DNA of 64,000 bases from Bacteroidota bacterium (lineage in GTDB: Bacteria > Bacteroidota > Bacteroidia > NS11-12g > UBA955), in contig JAURIG010000001.1 of assembly GCA_030832905.1 (NCBI GenBank), forward strand, positions 10,397 through 74,396. The letters are read 5' to 3'. A program made the position numbers and the translations under genes. Below, one piece after another: positions 1 through 9,324 of the stretch (its first letter is position 1; the number at the start of each line of letters is the position of its first letter). The notes beneath the pieces are model-generated. The model made no database searches, was not told where the DNA came from, and saw only the letters and a list, made by a program, of their open reading frames with translations.

Positions 1-3000
1 CTGGCGTATAATTGGCGTGTGTATTCATCAACCAATTGAATTCAGAAAGCGTTAGTGCTTGGGCACTTTCTAAAACATGTAATTGCGCCATAATGGATTG
101 ACCTTTCAATTGAATGGATGCGTTTTGAGCAATATCTATTTCCCCTAAATTATACAATTGGCTAGACTGCTTTAACATGGCGTTAAACATGGTATCTGCT
201 GACCTCAAAGCTTGCAATTGCTGTGCTTGATTTAACCAGGTAAAATAGGCCTGCAATACCCTTTGCTTCACCTCAGATTGAGTCAATTGCACATTGGCAC
301 TTTGAGCCAAGGTTTGAGCATTTAACACTTTGTATTGCTGAGCATAAACCATAGGTAAACTTAAGGACTGGTTAACCCCAAATCGTTTGTCAGTGTAGGT
401 TGAATTGAGTTGCCCTCGCTCAAAAGTCAAAGCTGTTTTGGGAATATTGACAGCAGATTTATTTAAGGCCTTTTGATAAGCTAAGACTTGATGGGCTTGC
501 TTAATCTGTAAGTTGTTATTCAAGGCTGAATCGAGCGCTTGTTTAATCCCAATTGTAGTTTGGGCAAACCCGTTTATTCCAAAACCAACAAAGGCGATGG
601 CAATGATGGCTTTCATAGACAAGCCCTTCATTTTAAATGATTGTTCTGACATTATAAACAAAATAGGCAAGACAAATAAGGTTAAAAAGGTGGCGATTAA
701 CAAACCTCCAATGACGACTGTAGCCAAAGGCCTTTGCACTTCTGCGCCAGCGCCATTGCTCAATGCCATTGGCAAAAAGCCCAATGAAGCCACAAATGCC
801 GTCATTAATACTGGCCTGAGTCTAAGTTTAGTAGCATTCATAACCATTTCAGTTAATGCACCTGTATGGGTCTCTTTTTGACGTTTAAACTCTGAAATCA
901 AAACAATTCCATTTAATACCGCTACGCCAAACAAAGCGATAAAACCTACCCCAGCACTGATACTAAACGGCATGTCTCTGATGTAAAGTGCAAAGATGCC
1001 ACCCAATGCTGATAATGGAATAGCTGAATAAATTAAACTGGCGTGCTTAACAGATTGAAAAGCGAAATACAACATGAGAAAAATCAATGCAAGGGCCAAT
1101 GGCACAGCAACGCCTAAACGCTTTTTAGCAGCGTTCAAATTTTCAAACGTTCCGCCATAGCGCACTGAATATCCTGGTGGTAATTTAATTTGTTTTTCAA
1201 TCTTAGTTTTTAACTCATCCACTATAGACTGTACATCGCGTCCTCTCACATTAAAACCAACTACAATGCGTCGTTTAGCATCTTCTCTTTGAATTTGATT
1301 AGGCCCCACTTTTATCGAAACATCTGCCAGATGAGACAAGGGCACAAAGTTACTTTGACCAATCGGAATCAATAAATTCTGAACATCATTGAGTGTATTT
1401 CTTTGATCATTTTGTAACCTTAAGACCAAATCAAAACGCTTTTCACCCTCATATACTTTTCCTGCTAAGCCTCCTGCAAAAGCAGTATTAACAACGCTAT
1501 TAATTTCAGCGACTTGCAAGCCATAACGCGCTATTAAATCGCGCTTGTAATCCACTACTATTTGACTGATCCCTGTAACAGGTTCAACATAAATATCTTG
1601 AGCGCCTTCAACCTTTGAGGCCAAATGCCCCATCTTTGCTGCATAGTAAGCCAAAGTATCAAGATCCTCACCAAACAGTTTACAAACAACGTCTTGTCTA
1701 GCGCCAGTCATTAACTCATTAAAACGCATTTGAACAGGGTATTGAAAACCAAAGGTAACCCCAGGAACCGCTTTCAAGGCCTCTCCCATTTTCTCTGCCA
1801 TCTCATTAAATGAATGCGCTGTTTTCCAAGTATGCTTATCTTTCATGATGATCATTAAATCTTGAGCATCAATTGGCATTGGATCAGTTGGCACTTCACC
1901 GCTACCGATCTTAGCCACTACTTTCTCCACTTCAGGAAATTGAGTAAGTAAAATCTTGGAAGCTTGCTCCGAGGCTTTTAAACTCACATTTAAATTACTA
2001 CCAGGCAAAACCCTTGTTTCAAGCGCAAAGTCGCCTTCCTCTAAACTAGGCATGAATTCACCACCTAATTGCATAAGTACAACTACAGCTGCTATGACCA
2101 ATAACCCTAAGCCTATAAACAACCATTTAACTTTCAATAAAATCCATTCAAAAGCGCTTTGATACCAAGCCTCCACTTTTTGCATAAACCAATCAGACCA
2201 ATTTGGCTTGTGTGCTTTTCTACTCAATAACCATGCACTCATCATAGGCACATAGGTTAATGACAATATAAACGCCCCTAATAGCGCAAAGGCAACTGTT
2301 TGAGCCATTGGTTTAAACATTTTTCCTTCAATGCCCTGCAATGAAAATATAGGTAGATACACGATTAAAATAATGATTTGTCCGAAGACCGCACTGTTCA
2401 TCATCTTACCCGCTGAAGATTTTACAGTATCGTCCATCTCTGTGTTTGAAACCGCCGTCATTTGACCCATAGTGCGAATCGCCAAGGCGTGCATAACAGC
2501 CTCTACGATAATGACAGCTCCGTCTACTATCAAACCAAAATCAAGCGCACCTAAACTCATTAAATTACCACTTACATGAAATAGATTCATCATGATAATG
2601 GCAAACAACATTGACAAAGGAATAACAGATGCCACCAATAAGCCTGCTCTTAAATTGCCCAAAAAGACAACTAAGACAAAAATCACTATGAGGGCACCTT
2701 CTAATAAATTGGTTTCAACCGTTCCAATGGCATTATTGACCATCTTGGTACGATCCAGAAATGGTTCTATCACAATGCCTTCAGGTAAAGTCTTTTGAAT
2801 CTCCGCCACACGGTCTTTTACAGCTTTGATCACCTCGCTACTATTAGCGCCTTTGAGCATCATCACCACAGCACCAGACACTTCCCCGAGCGTATCTAAA
2901 TGCAAGGCCCCATATCGAATTGCTGTACCAATTCTAACTTGGGCAATGTCTCTAATCAATAGTGGCACGCCGTTGTCAAGCAATTTAACCGGTATATTCA

Positions 3001-3745
3001 TAAGGTCTTGCTCTGAATGCACTAAACCTTCGGTGCGTATATAGAAAACATTAGGACCTCTTTCAATATAACCTCCGCCAGTATTTTCATTATTGGCCTC
3101 TATGGCTTTAAAGACTTGGTCAATCGTTAAGCCCAATGATTGCAACTTGTCTGGGTTTAAGGCAATTTCATATTGCTTTAAATGGCCACCAAAACTACTC
3201 ACATCAGCTACCCCCTTTACCCCTAACAATTGTCGCCTAACGATCCAATCCTGTATGGTTCTTAAATCCATACTACTGTATTGATGTTCATAGCCAGGTT
3301 TTGGCCTTAATACATATTGGTATATTTCTCCTAACCCCGTTGTAACCGGACCCAATTCAGGCACGCCTACCCCTTGTGGGATTTGACCTTTAACATTTTG
3401 TATCCTTTCAGACACTTGTTGACGTGCCCAATACACATCCACATCGTCGTCGAAGACTATGGTCACCAATGACAAACCAAACCTTGAAAAACTTCTTATT
3501 TCGTGCAGTCCGGGAATATTGTTATTGGCTTGTTCTATTGGAAAAGTAACCAAGCGTTCAATGTCTGTAGCCCCTAAAGATGGTGCTATTGTAATCACTT
3601 GCACCTGATTATTGGTAATATCAGGCACAGCATCTATTGGCAGTTTGAACAATTCAAAACTACCGTATATGATTAGGCCAATGGTACACAAGCCTATGAT
3701 CAATTTGTTCTTTATAGAAAACCCTATAATGGTGTTTAAATTCAT
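1..3745 (-). CDS. czcA: CzcA/CusA-family heavy-metal efflux RND permease that continues in frame into a TolC-like outer-membrane-factor domain (3' end runs off the window)
   Basis: This ORF is absent from the ORF track because it is open at the left edge. Hand translation of the minus strand from ATG 3745-3743 gives MNLNTIIGFSIKNKLIIGLCTIGLIIYGSFELFKLPIDAVPDITNNQVQVITIAPSLGATDIERLVTFPIEQ..., a typical CzcA N-terminus. I saw no stop down to position 1 (about 1248 codons). The + strand track ORFs at 513-3284 are antisense shadows. After about 1038 codons, the stretch MKGLSMKAIIAIAFVGFGINGFAQ (631-560) is followed by TolC-like sequence (IKQALDSALNNNLQIKQA...). Confidence 0.85.
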   Translation of the reverse strand, partial: MNLNTIIGFSIKNKLIIGLCTIGLIIYGSFELFKLPIDAVPDITNNQVQVITIAPSLGATDIERLVTFPIEQANNNIPGLHEIRSFSRFGLSLVTIVFDDDVDVYWARQQVSERIQNVKGQIPQGVGVPELGPVTTGLGEIYQYVLRPKPGYEHQYSSMDLRTIQDWIVRRQLLGVKGVADVSSFGGHLKQYEIALNPDKLQSLGLTIDQVFKAIEANNENTGGGYIERGPNVFYIRTEGLVHSEQDLMNIPVKLLDNGVPLLIRDIAQVRIGTAIRYGALHLDTLGEVSGAVVMMLKGANSSEVIKAVKDRVAEIQKTLPEGIVIEPFLDRTKMVNNAIGTVETNLLEGALIVIFVLVVFLGNLRAGLLVASVIPLSMLFAIIMMNLFHVSGNLMSLGALDFGLIVDGAVIIVEAVMHALAIRTMGQMTAVSNTEMDDTVKSSAGKMMNSAVFGQIIILIVYLPIFSLQGIEGKMFKPMAQTVAFALLGAFILSLTYVPMMSAWLLSRKAHKPNWSDWFMQKVEAWYQSAFEWILLKVKWLFIGLGLLVIAAVVVLMQLGGEFMPSLEEGDFALETRVLPGSNLNVSLKASEQASKILLTQFPEVEKVVAKIGSGEVPTDPMPIDAQDLMIIMKDKHTWKTAHSFNEMAEKMGEALKAVPGVTFGFQYPVQMRFNELMTGARQDVVCKLFGEDLDTLAYYAAKMGHLASKVEGAQDIYVEPVTGISQIVVDYKRDLIARYGLQVAEINSVVNTAFAGGLAGKVYEGEKRFDLVLRLQNDQRNTLNDVQNLLIPIGQSNFVPLSHLADVSIKVGPNQIQREDAKRRIVVGFNVRGRDVQSIVDELKTKIEKQIKLPPGYSVRYGGTFENLNAAKKRLGVAVPLALALIFLMLYFAFQSVKHASLIYSAIPLSALGGIFALYIRDMPFSISAGVGFIALFGVAVLNGIVLISEFKRQKETHTGALTEMVMNATKLRLRPVLMTAFVASLGFLPMALSNGAGAEVQRPLATVVIGGLLIATFLTLFVLPILFIMSEQSFKMKGLSMKAIIAIAFVGFGINGFAQTTIGIKQALDSALNNNLQIKQAHQVLAYQKALNKSAVNIPKTALTFERGQLNSTYTDKRFGVNQSLSLPMVYAQQYKVLNAQTLAQSANVQLTQSEVKQRVLQAYFTWLNQAQQLQALRSADTMFNAMLKQSSQLYNLGEIDIAQNASIQLKGQSIMAQLHVLESAQALTLSEFNWLMNTHANYTP

Positions 3746-3802
3746 TATGAATGAAATTTTATGAGTAAAATTTAAATAAAAAAGGAAATGTTCGCGCTAT
3801 GA

Positions 3803-4177
3803 TTAGGCGATCAACTGAGGCGGCTGCCAAATGGCTTTACCATCCTGGTAACAATAATGATTCACCAATAATCCAATTTCAACTTTAAAGAAGCTAAAAT
3901 GGGTTACTGATTCATTGTTGGAGATCAATTCCATGGCCATATTAACGTGATGGCACTGATCTGATTTGAAAGGCAACTTACCGTGATCAGCATCTGGAAT
4001 ATCTTCGCTAGGATTGGCATAGTGCAAATCTAAAAACTCCCAAATGGTTAGGGACTCATTAGACAACTTATGTTCTTGATAATGGTGAATAAAGGCAGGC
4101 AACTTAACAAGTTGATGCGCTTCCAATAAATTCATTGAAATAATGCACAAGAAGCCTATGGCATACATGCGTTTCAC
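3803..4177 (-). CDS. Small His-rich protein with an N-terminal hydrophobic segment; a possible metal-binding accessory of the czc pump (function unknown)
   Basis: 124-aa track ORF lying 57 nt upstream of czcA on the same strand. It has a hydrophobic N-terminus (YAIGFLCIISMNLL) and several His clusters (FIHHYQEHK, LHYANPSED, DADHGKLPFKSDQCHHVN). I recognise no family. Confidence 0.45.
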   Translation of the reverse strand: MKRMYAIGFLCIISMNLLEAHQLVKLPAFIHHYQEHKLSNESLTIWEFLDLHYANPSEDIPDADHGKLPFKSDQCHHVNMAMELISNNESVTHFSFFKVEIGLLVNHYCYQDGKAIWQPPQLIA

Positions 4178-4202
4178 TTAGACAAAGTTAATGGTATAAA
4201 AT

Positions 4203-4230
4203 GAAAAAGCAAACCCGGAGGTTTGCTTTT
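4203..4230 (-). terminator. Rho-independent terminator closing the ACIII operon
   Basis: Perfect 11-bp stem AAAAGCAAACC / GGTTTGCTTTT (4205-4215 and 4220-4230) with a 4-nt loop CGGA. It is T-rich on the minus strand after the stem and lies 28 nt downstream of the actF stop. Confidence 0.75.
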
Positions 4231-4257
4231 CAAATAAGATAAGTTGTTTAGAAGGTA

Positions 4258-5649
4258 TTACACACCCACATCGTGGTGAGCACTTTCTTCTAAATATGGG
4301 TGTTTGATGGCTACTAAGCCTTTTTTGCTTAGAGCAGTTAAAGTCCAATAAATGAATAGACCAGCAAATGCTAATGTCATACCTATCTCTAACAATCCAA
4401 TGCTAGCTTGTTTGTCAATAGCACCTGGCATGATCATTAAATAGATATCATTCCAGTGACCTACTAAAACACAAAGGGCAACAAAAGTTAAAATCTTAGG
4501 ATTACGTTTATTGTTTCTGGTCATTAATACCAAGAATGGAATTAAGAAATTCAAAACAAGGTTAAGGAACCAATGGAACTTGAATGGCATTTCCCAACGC
4601 TTATAATAGTATACAGTTTCTTCAGGAATGTTTGCATACCAAATCAATAAGAACTGAGCCAACCAAAGGTAAGTCCAGAAGATTGAGAAGGCGAACATGA
4701 ATTTACCTAAGTCATGAATATGCTCATCAGTAACCAATTTAAGGTAACCATTGCGTCTTAAGTACAACACGAACAAAATAATGATTGCAAATGTACTTAC
4801 CCAAGCAGTAGCGAAGTTATAGATAGAGAAGATGGTAGAATACCAGTGTGCATCTACACTCATACAAACTACCCAACTTAAGATAGATAAAGTGAAAGCA
4901 AATACAAAGGTAAAGGCTGCACCATAAGTGATTGATTGTTTGAAGAAAGTTAAGCCCCCTTCAGTATCTTCTTTGTATGACAAGCTTCTCAATTTAGCAC
5001 CAAATAAGTACCAAACCAATGGAATACCTACTATAAAGCCAATGGCCATTTTAGAATTTAAGAACCAAGATTTGTTGTCTAGGATTTTATCAAAACCTGC
5101 ATCAGTTTTAGTTAAATGTAAATGTTCGTAGTGCAACCAATGGTATATGTTTTGGCCATCTAATAAGAATACGATCAACACCAATACTGCACCAACAGGC
5201 AGAATGGTACTCATGGCTTGCGGCACACGTAATAATACTGTAGCCCAACCTGCATTGGCAATGTATTGTAAAGCAAAGAAAAACAAAGCACAAGCTGAGA
5301 TTAACAATAGGAAATAACTATTGACTAACAAAGTTGAATAAATTCTTGTAGTCCATGGTTTGCTGTGTTCAGCAACAATAGGATATACTTGCTCATTGCT
5401 GTGTCCTACGTCTACGCCGTTAATGTTTTGACCTGGGTAGACATGGGCTTCAGTTGCATGGTGAGCAGCTGCCTCAGTAGTGGTGGCATTTGCATGCTCA
5501 TCATGGTGGGCATCAGTTCTTGGCAAAGTAAAAATGCCAACAATGGTTAACAATATACCGATTGCCAATAAAGCAATGCTTAAAGTTTTAGCTTTACCAT
5601 TGAAACTGTATTGCTCTTGTTGAATATGGATTTCGTGTCCGTGACTCAT
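4258..5649 (-). CDS. actF: ACIII subunit ActF (quinol:cytochrome c oxidoreductase, polytopic membrane subunit)
   Basis: 463-aa polytopic membrane protein and the last gene of the act cluster. It has a His/Ala/Thr-rich loop after the first TM segment. The assignment rests on position in the conserved actABCDEF order and on the hydrophobic profile. Confidence 0.7.
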   Translation of the reverse strand: MSHGHEIHIQQEQYSFNGKAKTLSIALLAIGILLTIVGIFTLPRTDAHHDEHANATTTEAAAHHATEAHVYPGQNINGVDVGHSNEQVYPIVAEHSKPWTTRIYSTLLVNSYFLLLISACALFFFALQYIANAGWATVLLRVPQAMSTILPVGAVLVLIVFLLDGQNIYHWLHYEHLHLTKTDAGFDKILDNKSWFLNSKMAIGFIVGIPLVWYLFGAKLRSLSYKEDTEGGLTFFKQSITYGAAFTFVFAFTLSILSWVVCMSVDAHWYSTIFSIYNFATAWVSTFAIIILFVLYLRRNGYLKLVTDEHIHDLGKFMFAFSIFWTYLWLAQFLLIWYANIPEETVYYYKRWEMPFKFHWFLNLVLNFLIPFLVLMTRNNKRNPKILTFVALCVLVGHWNDIYLMIMPGAIDKQASIGLLEIGMTLAFAGLFIYWTLTALSKKGLVAIKHPYLEESAHHDVGV

Positions 5650-5688
5650 TGTAGTTGATTTTAAAGGTTAATACGAAACTGCTGTTTT

Positions 5689-6360
5689 TTAGTTTTTAGT
5701 GGTGTCTTGAACGGTTATAGCTGAAGCTTCTGAAGTCATAGCTTTGATGGCTGGTACATTGCCTAAACTGTCCATCATGGTTAAGCGTTTTACATAAGAA
5801 GCAACACTCCATCTTTCTTTAGGAGACAATGCATAAGCATAACTACCCATACGGTTGTTTCTACCATAAGTTAATACGTGGTAGATTTTACCAATAGGCA
5901 AAGCTTTCATGTAATCGTCTTGATAAATATGAGTAGGTTTAAGTGTAACTTGTTTGGCTGGAACAGGGCCATCATTTAAGCCCTTAGTACCATGGCAAAC
6001 TGCACAATAAATACCGAATAATCTTTCACCTTCTTTTTGATCAGCTTCAGATAAATCCATTTTTAATTTCCAGTTGGCGCCTGCTGCTTCATACCCTTCT
6101 TCAGTGTTGTCAAATGGGTATTGATAGTCCAACTGACCTTCAGCGATAGTACCTTTAACAGGTTCTCTCATGGTCATGAAATAAGGGTTGTAACGGTATT
6201 TATTTGAATCTGAATACTGAGTCATTGGTTCATACCCTTTTGAGTAGTACATGTCTGGAGCATACTCAATACCAGGGTTATCTTTTCCGGCTTTCCACCA
6301 GCATGAAGACAGTGACACAACTGCTAAAACACTGATGATGATATTTGTAGTTTGTTTCAT
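5689..6360 (-). CDS. actE: ACIII subunit ActE, monoheme cytochrome c lipoprotein
   Basis: Contains a single CxxCH motif (CAVCH) and a lipoprotein-type signal (AVVSLSSC). Size and position fit ActE. Confidence 0.8.
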   Translation of the reverse strand: MKQTTNIIISVLAVVSLSSCWWKAGKDNPGIEYAPDMYYSKGYEPMTQYSDSNKYRYNPYFMTMREPVKGTIAEGQLDYQYPFDNTEEGYEAAGANWKLKMDLSEADQKEGERLFGIYCAVCHGTKGLNDGPVPAKQVTLKPTHIYQDDYMKALPIGKIYHVLTYGRNNRMGSYAYALSPKERWSVASYVKRLTMMDSLGNVPAIKAMTSEASAITVQDTTKN

Positions 6361-6379
6361 TTTGTTCTTAGGCTAGTGA

Positions 6380-6967
6380 TTATTTTTTAGGAATGGCTAC
6401 TTCAGTAAAATCTTCGTAACCGTGGTTGGTTCTTTCTTTAACTTCAACCGCACCACCTTGATACAACATATTACTCAATTCGTTTTTGTCTACCAATTGG
6501 TTATCTGTTGCAATCGCTACGACCATTCTATCGTCTGTTTGTCTGAAATCTACACGCTCACTTGGCATTTTACCATGCAACATTTTGTTTCTGATAAAGA
6601 ACAAAATCGCAATACCAAATGCTGTAAACAATACTGACATTTCAAACAAAACAGGTACATAAGACACCCCAACTATTGGTTTGTTACCAATGATCATTGG
6701 CCAATCTATCGCCATAGTATAGGTTTGTAATGTAGCTGCAGTAATAAAGCCTAAGCAACCGCAAATAAATGCACCTACAGGCAATAATGAACGCTTTAAA
6801 CCCATAGCCTTTTCAATACCGTGAATTGGGAATGGTGTGTAGCAATCTATAATTTGAGCACCTTTGTGGTGAACATTAGCAACCGTGTCTAAGAATTGAT
6901 CTGAATCTTCAAAGATTCCGAACATTACGGTTTTGTTTTTATCCAAAAATAATTTGTTGTCTATCAT
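6380..6967 (-). CDS. actD: ACIII subunit ActD (DUF3341 membrane protein)
   Basis: Contains YTPFPIHGIEKAMGLKRS followed by two TM segments, which is typical of ActD. It sits between actC and actE. The true start may be an internal Met (MFGIFEDSD). Confidence 0.75.
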   Translation of the reverse strand: MIDNKLFLDKNKTVMFGIFEDSDQFLDTVANVHHKGAQIIDCYTPFPIHGIEKAMGLKRSLLPVGAFICGCLGFITAATLQTYTMAIDWPMIIGNKPIVGVSYVPVLFEMSVLFTAFGIAILFFIRNKMLHGKMPSERVDFRQTDDRMVVAIATDNQLVDKNELSNMLYQGGAVEVKERTNHGYEDFTEVAIPKK

Positions 6968-6988
6968 GAAATTGATATTGAATGGTGA

Positions 6989-8341
6989 TTACTCTCTGTT
7001 TTTCAAAATACTCTTAACCTCTGCAATGTTGATCACTGGTAAGAACTTGCTGAACAAGAAGAAACAAGTGAAGAACAATCCGAATGACCCTAAAAATAAG
7101 CCAATCTCAGTCATAGTTGGTGAGTACATTAACCAACCTGAAGGCAAATATTCTCTGTGAAGTGAAGTCACAATGATTACGAAACGTTCGAACCACATAC
7201 CTACGTTCACCACGATTGATAACATAAAGATGAACCAAGGCGTTGTACGAGCCCATTTGAACCAGAATACTTGAGGCGCAATTAAGTTACAAGTCATCAT
7301 ACTCCAATAAGCCCACCAGTATGGACCAGTTGCTCTATTGATGAACGCGTATTGCTCGTATTCTACACCAGAATATGCCGCAACAAAGAACTCAGTGATG
7401 TAAGCTAGACCAACCATGGTCCCAGTTAACATAACTACTTTGCACATAGCTTCTAAGTGACCAATGGTGATATAATCTTGGTAGTTCATTACTTTTCTAG
7501 CGATTACCAATAAGGTCAATACCATACCGAAACCTGAGAAGATCGCACCTGCTACGAAATACGGAGGGAAAATGGTGGTGTGCCAACCAGGAACAACTGA
7601 AGTGGCAAAGTCCATAGATACAATCGTGTGTACAGACAATACCAGCGGTGTTGAAATACCAGCAAGAATCAAGGAAACAACTTCATAACGGTTCCAAGTT
7701 CTTACTGAACCTGTCCAACCCATAGAGAAGAAATTATACCAAAATTTTCTGCCAGCTGACTTAGCTCTATCACGAACTGTTGCAAAGTCAGGAATAAGTC
7801 CTGTATACCAGAAAACGATTGATACAGAGAAATACGTTGAAATCGCGAATACGTCCCAAAGCAATGGTGAGTGGAAGTTAACCCACAATGAACCAAAAGC
7901 ATTTGGCAATGGGAATACCCAGTAGCCCCCTACCCAAATACGACCCATGTGGAATAAAGGGAAAATTGCCGCACACATTACAGCGAAGATGGTCATCGCT
8001 TCTGCAGAACGGTTAATAGACATTCTCCATTTTTGTCTGAATAACAACAAAATGGCAGAAATCAAAGTACCAGCGTGACCAATACCAACCCAAAATACGA
8101 AGTTGGTGATGTCCCAACCCCATTGAACGGTTTTGTTCAAACCCCATGTACCTATACCAAACCATAGGGTGACACCTAATGAGATCAGTAATATGCCTAA
8201 AAAGATGACTGATAAGATGAAACCAACTATCCAAGAACTTGAAGGTTTGTTTTCAATTGGACGACAAATTTCAGTAGTTACATCATGTAATTTTTTGTCG
8301 CCTGTTACCAGCTGTGGTCTTATAATTGAATCGTGAATCAT
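6989..8341 (-). CDS. actC: ACIII subunit ActC (NrfD/PsrC-like quinol-interacting membrane subunit)
   Basis: 450-aa protein with about 10 TM segments in an NrfD-like profile, located directly downstream of the Fe-S subunit. Confidence 0.85.
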   Translation of the reverse strand: MIHDSIIRPQLVTGDKKLHDVTTEICRPIENKPSSSWIVGFILSVIFLGILLISLGVTLWFGIGTWGLNKTVQWGWDITNFVFWVGIGHAGTLISAILLLFRQKWRMSINRSAEAMTIFAVMCAAIFPLFHMGRIWVGGYWVFPLPNAFGSLWVNFHSPLLWDVFAISTYFSVSIVFWYTGLIPDFATVRDRAKSAGRKFWYNFFSMGWTGSVRTWNRYEVVSLILAGISTPLVLSVHTIVSMDFATSVVPGWHTTIFPPYFVAGAIFSGFGMVLTLLVIARKVMNYQDYITIGHLEAMCKVVMLTGTMVGLAYITEFFVAAYSGVEYEQYAFINRATGPYWWAYWSMMTCNLIAPQVFWFKWARTTPWFIFMLSIVVNVGMWFERFVIIVTSLHREYLPSGWLMYSPTMTEIGLFLGSFGLFFTCFFLFSKFLPVINIAEVKSILKNRE

Positions 8342-8364
8342 TGTTTAAATTATAATGGTTGGGG

Positions 8365-9324
8365 TTATGCTTTTACGGTTTCAGTGTCTCTAACTTTAAC
8401 TAGGTATTTAACAGCTGTCATAGTATTTAATTCTTCAAGCACTCTGTATGAACGCTCGTTCTTAAATAATTTGTGAACTTCACTGTTAGGATCATTTACA
8501 TCACCAAATACAATGGCGTTGGCTGGGCAAGAACGTTGACAAGCGGTTTTGATTTCGCCATCATTAAGCGCACGTTTTTCGCGTTTAGCTTTTACTTTAC
8601 CAGCTTGAATGCTTTGCACACACATGCTACATTTTTCCATAACACCACGTGTTCTAACGGTAACATCAGGATTGATAACCATCTTACCTAAGTCGTTGTT
8701 AAAATGGAAGTCAAAACGATCGTTATCATTGTATCTGAACCAGTTGAAACGTCTTACTTTGTATGGACAGTTGTTGGCACAGTATTTAGTACCAATACAA
8801 CGGTTGTAAGTCATTTGGTTTAAACCTTCAGAACTGTGAGTAGTTGCCAATACCGGACAAACTGTTTCACATGGTGCCTGACCACAATGTTGACACATCA
8901 TTGGTTGGTGAACCACTTTAACATTTTCCCAATGTAAGTATTCAGCACCTTTCTTAGCTTTTTCTAATTTATCTAAAGCGGCTAAGCCTGTTTCTTTAGT
9001 AACGTTTTTGCCTTCGAAATCTCTTGATAAGAATAATTCTTTAGTGTAGTCCGTATTGTTTACGTTTTCAAAAGTGAAGTATCTATCAATACGCATCCAG
9101 TGCATTTCTCTGCGGCGTCTTACTTCAGCTCTACCAACAACTGGAACGTTGTTTTCAATACTACAGCTTACAACGCAAGAACCACAACCTGTACATGAGT
9201 TCAAGTCAATAGCCATTGCCCAATGGTGGTTAGGGGCACCATCTTTTTTGTAATCTTTAGTTTCCCAAAGCGTGTATAAATGTGGCGCAGTTTTATCGTT
9301 GCCTGCCTTAGGGTTTTTCTTCAA
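8365..9324 (-). CDS. actB: ACIII ActB, C-terminal module (4Fe-4S ferredoxin-like, PsrB/NrfC-type), encoded here as a separate ORF
   Basis: Cys clusters CTGCGSCVVSC, CQHCGQAPCETVCP, CIGTKYCANNCPY and CQRSCP. The ORF begins at TTG 9324-9322, immediately after the TAA that ends the upstream ORF, and in the same frame. Confidence 0.8.
   Translation of the reverse strand: MKKNPKAGNDKTAPHLYTLWETKDYKKDGAPNHHWAMAIDLNSCTGCGSCVVSCSIENNVPVVGRAEVRRRREMHWMRIDRYFTFENVNNTDYTKELFLSRDFEGKNVTKETGLAALDKLEKAKKGAEYLHWENVKVVHQPMMCQHCGQAPCETVCPVLATTHSSEGLNQMTYNRCIGTKYCANNCPYKVRRFNWFRYNDNDRFDFHFNNDLGKMVINPDVTVRTRGVMEKCSMCVQSIQAGKVKAKREKRALNDGEIKTACQRSCPANAIVFGDVNDPNSEVHKLFKNERSYRVLEELNTMTAVKYLVKVRDTETVKA

Noticed and set aside
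513-3284. Five + strand track ORFs (122, 68, 68, 72 and 63 aa) in a region with no listed minus-strand ORF
   Set aside because: They are antisense shadows of the czcA-type ORF, which is omitted from the track only because it is open at the window edge. Their translations are low-complexity and resemble no protein family.
7702-8234. Same-strand alternative-frame ORFs (66 and 73 aa) inside actC
   Set aside because: They are out-of-frame ORFs within a conserved membrane-protein gene. There is no slippery sequence or other sign of programmed frameshifting.
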